A stretch of 64,000 nt of DNA from positions 55,381,370 to 55,445,369 of the forward strand of contig NC_068990.1 of assembly GCF_001194135.2 (NCBI RefSeq), written 5' to 3'. The stretch comes from Octopus bimaculoides. Its lineage: Eukaryota. Of this stretch, positions 12,201-21,511 are shown in pieces. A program made the position numbers and the translations under genes. The notes below the pieces were generated by a model. The model had not been told where the DNA came from and did no database searches. It worked only from the letters and a program-made list of their open reading frames with translations. The first letter of the stretch is position 1; the number at the start of each line of letters is the position of its first letter.

Positions 12201-15200
12201 AATATATGTTATAAACGGTCCAAGGCCACTTATGACATTATAAATAAAACAACCAAACATGTAAACAAGCACCATGTGAAGGAAAGAACATTGCCTGCAG
12301 TGTTGTTAAAACCAAAGAGGTCCCCATTGCAGGTTAAGGCGGTTGGTGGAGGGAAAGATTGGACAAAAGCTATAAAATAGGAGTGAGAAATTAGTAGATA
12401 AAGAAAAGAAGTTAATTATATACATTTATATGAAGAAAAAGAGATGGCAAAGGAATGAATGATTATCTTATGGACTTCATGAGCTTACAGCTGTTTCTGT
12501 TATAAGATGCAGTGGAATCATAGTTGATTGCCTGAATAACACCTTATAGCTTCATTGGACCTCAAATATGAACTTATTTGGGAAAGAATTACATTTGTGC
12601 CTATATGGGGAACATCATCAACATGTATATTGAGTTCTACATGTGGTTTATTTGTCTCACAATGCTTAAGCGATATATATATATATATATATATACTTTG
12701 ATTTTTTTTTTTAAAGTAATTATGTTTGTATTTGATATTAGATGATTTTTTTTGTTTTTGTTCTATCAATATTTTTTTTCTGTTCCATTCTAGAGTACTT
12801 GCATTGATCCTAACAATATGAGAGTTCTACTGCCTCATGAAATGATTCAGGTCAGTTCTGATTGAATTCTTTTACTTGTCTCTGCTAGCGCCTGTGACCA
12901 TAATAGATCTATGGCTTAGTGGCTAGCTTGTCAGGCTCACAATCATGAAGTAGTGAGTTTGATTCTCAAACCGGACTGTGTGTTGTTTTCTTGGGCAAAA
13001 CACTTTATTTCCTGTTGCTCCAGTTCACTCTGATATAGAAATGATTTGCAATGTTACTATTGCCAAGCTCTATTGGTGTTTGCCTTTCCCTTGGATAATG
13101 CCAGTGGTGTGGAAAGAGGAGGCTGGTATGCATGGACAAGTGCTGGCCTTCCATAAAACAACCTTGCCCGGACTTGTAACGTGGAGGGTAACTTTCTAGG
13201 TGCAATCTCATGGTCATTCATGACCAAAGGGGTCTTTACCCTTTACTTGTCTCTGTCAGAGCCTGTGACCATAATAGAGCATCACCATTAAAAAAGTGTT
13301 ATGTAAGATAAGCAGAATTACACAGTTGGACTAAAAGTTTTGCACTCAGTTCATTAATGAAAATGAGTACAGTCAACTACAAGGTCATTAGGTTTTGATA
13401 TGTAACCCTATTTACCTTGCACATAAACATGCATCATACTCTACACATTTCTAACACAAGTGGGGTGTTGAACACATATGCTTTTATACTACAAAATAAA
13501 CACACACTGCAACTAGAAGGCTTAGAGAAAATCTTTACAAAATCGTGTTTTCTATAGAGCAACAATAATTCATTGCATTATATTTTAAAGCCTATAGTTG
13601 ACACATGCATTTTAGAGTAAAATGCATAGTAAAATAGTTTTCTTCTTTCTCAAGAACGCCTTTTGAAAAACTATTCTGTATTCTTTATTACCAATAAAGT
13701 CGTCTTAAAATTGTCACTGTTGTTTGAACATCCCAGTAATCTCCCCTTGTATGGGTTAATTGGGAGGTTGTCTGTCATATGGTAATTCTTGCAGTGACCA
13801 CCAAATCAGGGAGCAGGGGACCCTGTTGAAGATTTTCTCCAGGTTGACAGCAGCTTACTTTTGACAAAATATTTCTTCTGCATTTGCCTCACAAGAAAAA
13901 ACATCAGAAGTACTTCTCCCTGGTACAAAATCAAATTGCATCTCATCTAGTTTTACTTTCACTAGAATTAGTTGAGCTATAAACTCTTTCTATATATTTC
14001 ATAATCTGGTCCAGCAATTTGATGATTCTATAATTACTTCTCTCTAAGGAATCTCCTTTACCCTTACAACAGTTGGCTATGATGCTACTACACCAGTCAT
14101 TGGGTATGATATCTTCCTGTACAACCTGATTAACTATACAGATGACTAGGCTGTATTCCACTCCACTAGACATTTTAAGTATTTCAGCAGTAGTTCCTGG
14201 AAGACTAGGGGCTTTTTCTGTCTTCATGTTCTTAATAGCTTTATATATCATACTGCTGTCAACTAGAATATTGGCCCCTCAGATGGGTTCACTCTAGGAA
14301 GACTCTTTCTCCCATGCATTTTCTACATTTAGTTGTCTTTCATAGTAGCACTTTTGTACCTCTTTGTTTTCAGAATAACTAAGTGCAAATATATTGTACA
14401 CACTTCTCTCTCTCTCACAACATCTCAATCTTCTTTGATGCACCGTCCTGTAATCTAGAACATCTCATGTCTCTGGTTCTCATGCCATAGAGCATCCAGT
14501 TTTCCATACATGCATGGTTGGACAGAATTTATTGGGGTAGATTTTTTTTATGCTTGGATGCTTTTTCTGTCACCAACTCTCATCTGTTTCCAAGGAAGGA
14601 AATATTTCCCCATGACCAGCTATATTTCCACAGAATATTGGAAATAAATCACACTGAGCTTTACAGTAGCACTCGTTTACAAATATCACACAAGATTTCA
14701 AGACAAGGAGATAGTAATACACACACACATTTAACAACAGATGGATAATATTTATTATTCACCTGACTCATAACCTGCTCCTTGCATAGATCTGAAATAT
14801 ATTATGGACCATATATTTAGTGCAGTGTGCTTTTCCTTCTTAGCCTCAAGGTGCATGATATACTAAGTTGGGTACAGTTAATTGTATACATAACCTGAAT
14901 ATCTTTCTGCCTGTACTTTGGTACCCACATATGTTTTCCTCTATTTTTGTTGTGTATGCATTTTTTCGACCCAACCTAGTGTCTTACAATTTAAGTGCCT
15001 GATTCTCTTGAATCCTGATCTCTTAGGTATAAATATATTTATAAATTTAATGCACACTACATGGATTTATATAATTCGGTGGAAATCATAAAAAGCTCTT
15101 TTAGTGGACCAGGCTATAAACTACATAATAAAGCAATATGTAGGAATGTAATGTAGAGTCCTATGCAGTTGAAATCCACTAAATCCAATCTGTGACGATT

Positions 15201-15940
15201 ATTTCAGGAGGTATGAGATGAATATATTTATTTCACCAATTGGTATTCATAGAATGATGGGCATATTGCAGCCAACATCATGCAAAAATAATTTATTTTA
15301 GTGTCTAATAAATTATTTTACATGTCTGCACTAGTGTGTATGCTATAAATTACATAGTACTATCATATATTTTACAAACAATTGCAGAAATAGAAGGTTA
15401 GCTCTTCAGATCAACAGAATATGATGGTTACATCAATGAGACAGCTGTCATCCTATGGATATCAACTAGTGAAATAAATAGATTAATCTCACACCTCCTG
15501 ATTTTCTTCAAATTTTATAAATATGTATGTATGTATGTATNNNNNNNNNNNNNNNNNNNNNNNNNNNNNNNNNNNNNNNNNNNNNNNNNNNNNNNNNNNN
15601 NNNNNNNNNNNNNNNNNNNNNNNNNNNNNNNNNNNNNNNNNNNNNNNNNNNNNNNNNNNNNNNNNNNNNNNNNNNNNNNNNNNNNNNNNNNNNNNNNNNN
15701 NNNNNNNNNNNNNNNNNNNNNNNNNNNNNNNNNNNNNNNNNNNNNNNNNNNNNNNNNNNNNNNNNNNNNNNNNNNNNNNNNNNNNNNNNNNNNNNNNNNN
15801 NNNNNNNNNNNNNNNNNNNNNNNNNNNNNNNNNNNNNNNNNNNNNNNNNNNNNNNNNNNNNNNNNNNNNNNNNNNNNNNNNNNNNNNNNNNNNNNNNNNN
15901 NNNNNNNNNNNNNNNNNNNNNNNNNNNNNNNTATATATAC

Positions 15941-15984
<44 letters not shown>

Positions 15985-18900
15985 GGTTGTCTTCTTTCAG
16001 TTTCTATCTAACAAATCCAATCACAAGGCTTTGGTCGGTCCTGGACTATAGCGGAAGGTACTTGCCCAAGGTACCACACAGCCACCTAAAATTATAAAAG
16101 GTATTGAAATAGTCAAAATCTTGTCCTGATTTATGGGGAATGTATGAAAACTGTCTGATGACAGTAAATCTGAAACAGACTGTTGAAATTGAAAACTATT
16201 GTCGAGTAGTGTGAAATGAGATTCTCTGAAAGCCTGAAGGTTTTCACTTATAGCATTTTTACATTGAAATATTTAAACAAATGTAGTGAAATCAATTTCT
16301 CTTTATTTTGACAGCTCTATATTCATGAAGATAATCTACAAGCTACTGAGTACCACTTTAAAATGGCTCTGGATCTCATTTCATTTGTAAAACAAGTATG
16401 TATTCTATTTGGTGTTTTTTCTTTATGTCGTTTAGTTTTCTTCATAAAATGCTGTTTAACATTTAAACTGGTCTTGCTTGGCCCAAATATTCAACCTGCT
16501 CCCCAATTTTCTTAAAAAAAAGACCTACTAGCACCTAATTTTGTGATAGTTGCATGTGTTGGATGGCAGGAGGAGATGGCAAGGTGCACAATTATGAAAA
16601 TAATATTTCTAAAAGTGAATGTGTACTTAGTTGTCACAGTCTAAAGCAGTGGTTATCAACCTTTTTAACCCTTTAGCATTCAGATTTTTTTGTCATGTGT
16701 ATTGCTTATTTATTCACATTGTTTTGAATTAATCCTACATTATCTCACAGCTTTGAGATTTCAATGATGGGATTGTTTATTTTTAGAATGACATGGTCTG
16801 CTGTGAGAAGCTGGATCTAGCTAGCTTGAGATAAAAAAAAAACAAAAAAACAAGTAGTATAATAATATTTGGGCTGGATATGGCCCAAATGCTTGAATGC
16901 TAAAGGGTATCTATATCTGGGCCAGATCCTAAACCTGGATGTTTTTAGGGGGCTGCACCCAAAAATGTAAAACACAAGTCAATTAAAGAAAGATGTATAA
17001 TATTCGAGAGAAGACCACCAGGTAGCTGTGGTTGAGAACTATGGGTCTAAAGTCTTGGAGGATTTATCTGAAAGAGAAGACAATAGACTGAGCACGCCAG
17101 GAGTATTATGTTTGACACTGGGTGGAAAATGTTATCATTTCTGCCATCATCATCACAACTGTTTCGAAATTGTATTTTTATTTTGATTTTTCTGTTTTTC
17201 TTTTTATTTTACCATGTATGTATGACTTGGACTGTAGTATTACACCTCACCAGATGTCTCTCACACTCTCTCTCTCTTGCGTTTATCAGTTTCATGTAGC
17301 ATTAACACATGGATTGTGTTAAAAGCACATCATTCTACATCATCTTGATAAGTCAGTGAAGGAGACTCTTTGTCTGTCATGGGCAACCTACGGCCCATGG
17401 GACTTTCTGAATGGCCTGCCTAATGAAAAAAATGACCTTGACTATCTTTAGAAGTGCAGTTCACCTGATGATGAACCAAGTCGAGAAATGTTGCTCATGC
17501 CTGCTCTGTTGTTGTTGTGTGAGCTGTTAGAAATATCAGACAAGACCCATTACCATCTAAATGTGAAGGACTCCCTGATATACATCATTATCAGCTGTCC
17601 TTTTCCATGCTGGCATAGGTTTTATCAGTTTGACAGGAGTTTGTAAGGGTGGGGGCTGCACCAGGCTCCATTGTTATCTGTTTTGGCATGGTTTCTACAG
17701 TTGGATGCCCTTCCTAACATCAACCACTTTACAGAGTGTTCTGGGTGCTTTTTACATGGTACCAACACCATTGCTTTGGTCATGACTAGAATTGCTTGGG
17801 TCATAGATTTGCTCAATTAGTGCTGACCTGGGGTGAGTGTAATGTGACTTAGTGACTATCAGATACCAGTTTATGAAGCTTTTTACTCTGTATACACACC
17901 ATAGATCATTACCACCATCATCATCATAGTCATCATTTCATTTTAATGTTAACTCTTCCATGCACACATACTTTGGGCAGAGTTTATTGAGGCAGGTTTT
18001 CTGCAGACCGATGCTCTTCCTGTTGCTAACTCCACCTGTTTCCAAGCAAGGTAATATTTCCCTGAGGCCAGACATATTCTTGCAGAATGTGAATGACACT
18101 GCTTGTGTGACAGTGACAGTCATTTTACAACTATCAGGCAATGTCAAGACAAGGAGAGACAAACATATCTTCCCTGACACATGCACATATATACATGTAC
18201 AATGAGTTTCCTTCAGTTTCTCTGTACCAGATCCACTCACAAGGCTTTGGTCAGCCAGAGACTATAGTAGAAGACACTTGTCTAAGGTGCCATGCAGTGG
18301 AACTGAACCTGATACTATGTGGTTGGAAAGCAAACTTCTTACCACAAAGCCATGCCTACACCTACCAACTGACCAAAATTCTACAGTCACTTCTCTGATT
18401 GGTTTTCACCTACTAATGCAGCTAATATATCCAACAGTTTTCTGAATACATCTTCATTCAGTCTTTTTTTTTTCTTCTTGCATTCATATTATACGTTCAG
18501 ATTGTTCTCAGCTACTTCATTTCTTAATATGTTGTTTATAGTTCTTTCTTCACAAATAAATTGAATCAAAACCGACTCTCCAATATCTTTATTTTTCTTA
18601 TTTCAACAATTCTAGAAAGAAGCTGATATTGACTGCCAAGCACTCTTTTACCATATATGGGCTCAATCAATTTTGAGAAACAAGTGAGTTGAATATATAT
18701 ATGTATATATATAATTTTTTATCAAGTTGTGTCTGTTGTTTTGTCTCCTTTTCATTGCGAGCCACCTTTATTATCGAGTAGGGCAGTGCTGTCAGATGCT
18801 GCTACTAAGTGCGACTTAATGCCCTAGTCAACAAATTTTTTTAATAAATTTGTCCCTATTCTCAGTGAGTCGCTACATTAGTAAATGTTTTGCTGTTGTT

Positions 18901-20868
18901 TAACACTTTGCATTTAAACCAGCCATATACGATCCAAATAGTCTTGTTTTATGTGTGAACTGGCCAGATCTGGCCTCTCACACCTACCCTACAATGTCTG
19001 ACAGTAATCAATTAAATGAATAAAATTGGAAGAAATTCATCTGAAAATATTGATTCCAAATTTTGGCTCAAAACCAGCAATTTTGAAGAAGTGGTTAAGT
19101 CAATTACCTTGACCCCAGTGTTCAACTGGTGCTTATTTTATTGACCCCAAAAGGATGAAAAGCAAGGTCTTGACCGTGGCAGAATTTAAACTCAGCACAT
19201 AAAGACGGATGAAATGCTGCTAAGCATTTCACCCATTGTGTTAATGATTCTTATTTCTTTATTGCCCACAAGAGGCTAAACATAGAGGGGACAAACAAGG
19301 ACAGACAAAGGGATTAAGTCGATTACATCGACCCCAGTGCGTAACCGGTACTTAATTTATCGACCCTGATAGGATGAAAGGCAAAGTCGACCTCAGCGGA
19401 ATTTGAACTCAGAATGTAACAGCAGATGAAATACCACTAAGCATTTCGCCTGGCACGCTAATGATTCTGCTAGCTTGCCGCCTTTATGTAAAGATGGACG
19501 AAATGCCACTTAGCATTTTGCCTAGCATGTTAATGATTCTGCCAGCTTAACATTTGTAAGACATTATTGTTGTTGCTGTTATATTGTTAGTGTTTGTGGT
19601 GTTGAAAAATTTCCAAGATATCATCTAGTCCCCTACCACCAAACTTTCGGTGTTGTTCCTATAGTAGAAAGAATTATTATTAAGGCAGCAAGCTGGTAGA
19701 ATTATTTGCATGTCAGACAAAATGCTTAACTATATTTCTCCTGTTTTGAGTTCAATTTATTACTAAGTCTATTTTATCTTTCATCTTTTTAGGGTCACCA
19801 AAATTAGTACCATTTCAGTACTGGGGTTGATTCTTCCTTCCTGCTTTCTTTCTGTCTGTCCGTCTCTCTCTATCTATATATATATGTGTGTGTGTATGTG
19901 TGTATATATATATATATGTATATGTATGAGGTGGTACAAAAAGTTCCCAGACTAGTTCTGTAGCACACCGACAGATGGCAGCACACAGTTGTGTGCGCAG
20001 TGTGAGCTAGCAGTTACCTTCATGAGGCAGTGTGTTGAATGTCATCGCTTTGTTTACTTTGCAAGTTGTGAAATTTGTGTTTTTGTGATCACGTGTGCGT
20101 TGTAGCCTGCAATGTTTTTCATGGACAGGAAGTTGGAATGAAGAGCCAATGTGAAATTTTGTGTTAAACTTGGGAAGTCTGCTACAGAGACAATGACCAT
20201 GCTTTGGTAAGCTGATGGTAACGAGGCAATGAGTCGTATGCAATGTTTCGAGTGGCACAGGTGCTTCAAAAGTGGAAGAACATTCATGGAAGATGATGAG
20301 CGATTCGGAAGACCTACCATGAGCATCACTCTCGGAGATGTGGTGAAAATTCATCAGCTTGTGAATGTGGATTGTCAGAGGGCAATCAATGACGTTTTGA
20401 AGCATTTGTGGGAGGACATTCGGAGAAAATGACTGGGTCTGTGGAATGTGAAGAATGGAATTCTCCACGACAACAATGCACCCTGTCACCAAGCTCTCCT
20501 CACTTGTGAGTTTCTTGCTAAAAACAACATGGTGTCACTTCCACACCTGGCCTATTTGCCAGATTTAGCACCTGAAGACTTTCATCTCTTCCTCATGATG
20601 ACAATGCAGCTCAAAGGTCACCATTTTAACACTTGTCGAGATCAAGAGTGAATTGCAGAAGGTCCTCAACTCACTTATGGAAATTGACTTCCAGGCCAGA
20701 TTCCAAAAGTGGCAGGAACACTGGGATTGGTGTATTGCTGTGCAAGGTGACTATTTTGAAGGAGATGGTGTTAAAACTTTGGTAAATAAGTTACTTTTTA
20801 TGAAACATAACTAGTCCGGGAACTTTTTGATGCCCTTCCTAACACCAACCACTCCATAAAGTGGACTC

Positions 20869-20910
<42 letters not shown>

Positions 20911-20928
20911 ATCTTAGATACCCTGTAT

Positions 20929-20972
<44 letters not shown>

Positions 20973-21480
20973 GGAGAAAGAGAGAGACATGTGTTTGTGT
21001 GTGTGAGTTGATGTATCTTTGTCTTGACATTATGTGATTGTTGTAAACGAGTTTCACCATCATACACACTGTGTCCATTTCCAATCTTTCTTGAAAACAA
21101 GTCCAGCTATGGAGAACCATTACCTTACTTAGAAACAGGTGAAAGGTGGTGACAGAAAGGGCATCTGGGCATAAACAATTTGTCTCAACAAATTCCATAT
21201 GAATATGTATATGTATATACATATATTATGTATTACTTCTGTACCCACCCATCCCTTCCCTCCATCATGTCATAGTTTTTGTCTTCCCAGCTCAGCCTTT
21301 TATCAGTGTATCTTGTCTATCTATCTGTATATCTCTTTTTCACATTTACATGCATTCAAAGACCTTTTCCTGTGTATTTTTACAGTTGGGCAAGACGATC
21401 CGATGATCCTCTAGAAGATTGTACATCGAAGCTATTCTACAAAATAATCTCCTTGATCCTTAAACAAAGTGAGTAATATA

Positions 21481-21511
<31 letters not shown>

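Noticed and set aside
17455-17495. CTGATGA..GAAA motif
   Set aside because: Stems I and II do not pair convincingly, and the motif is compatible with chance.
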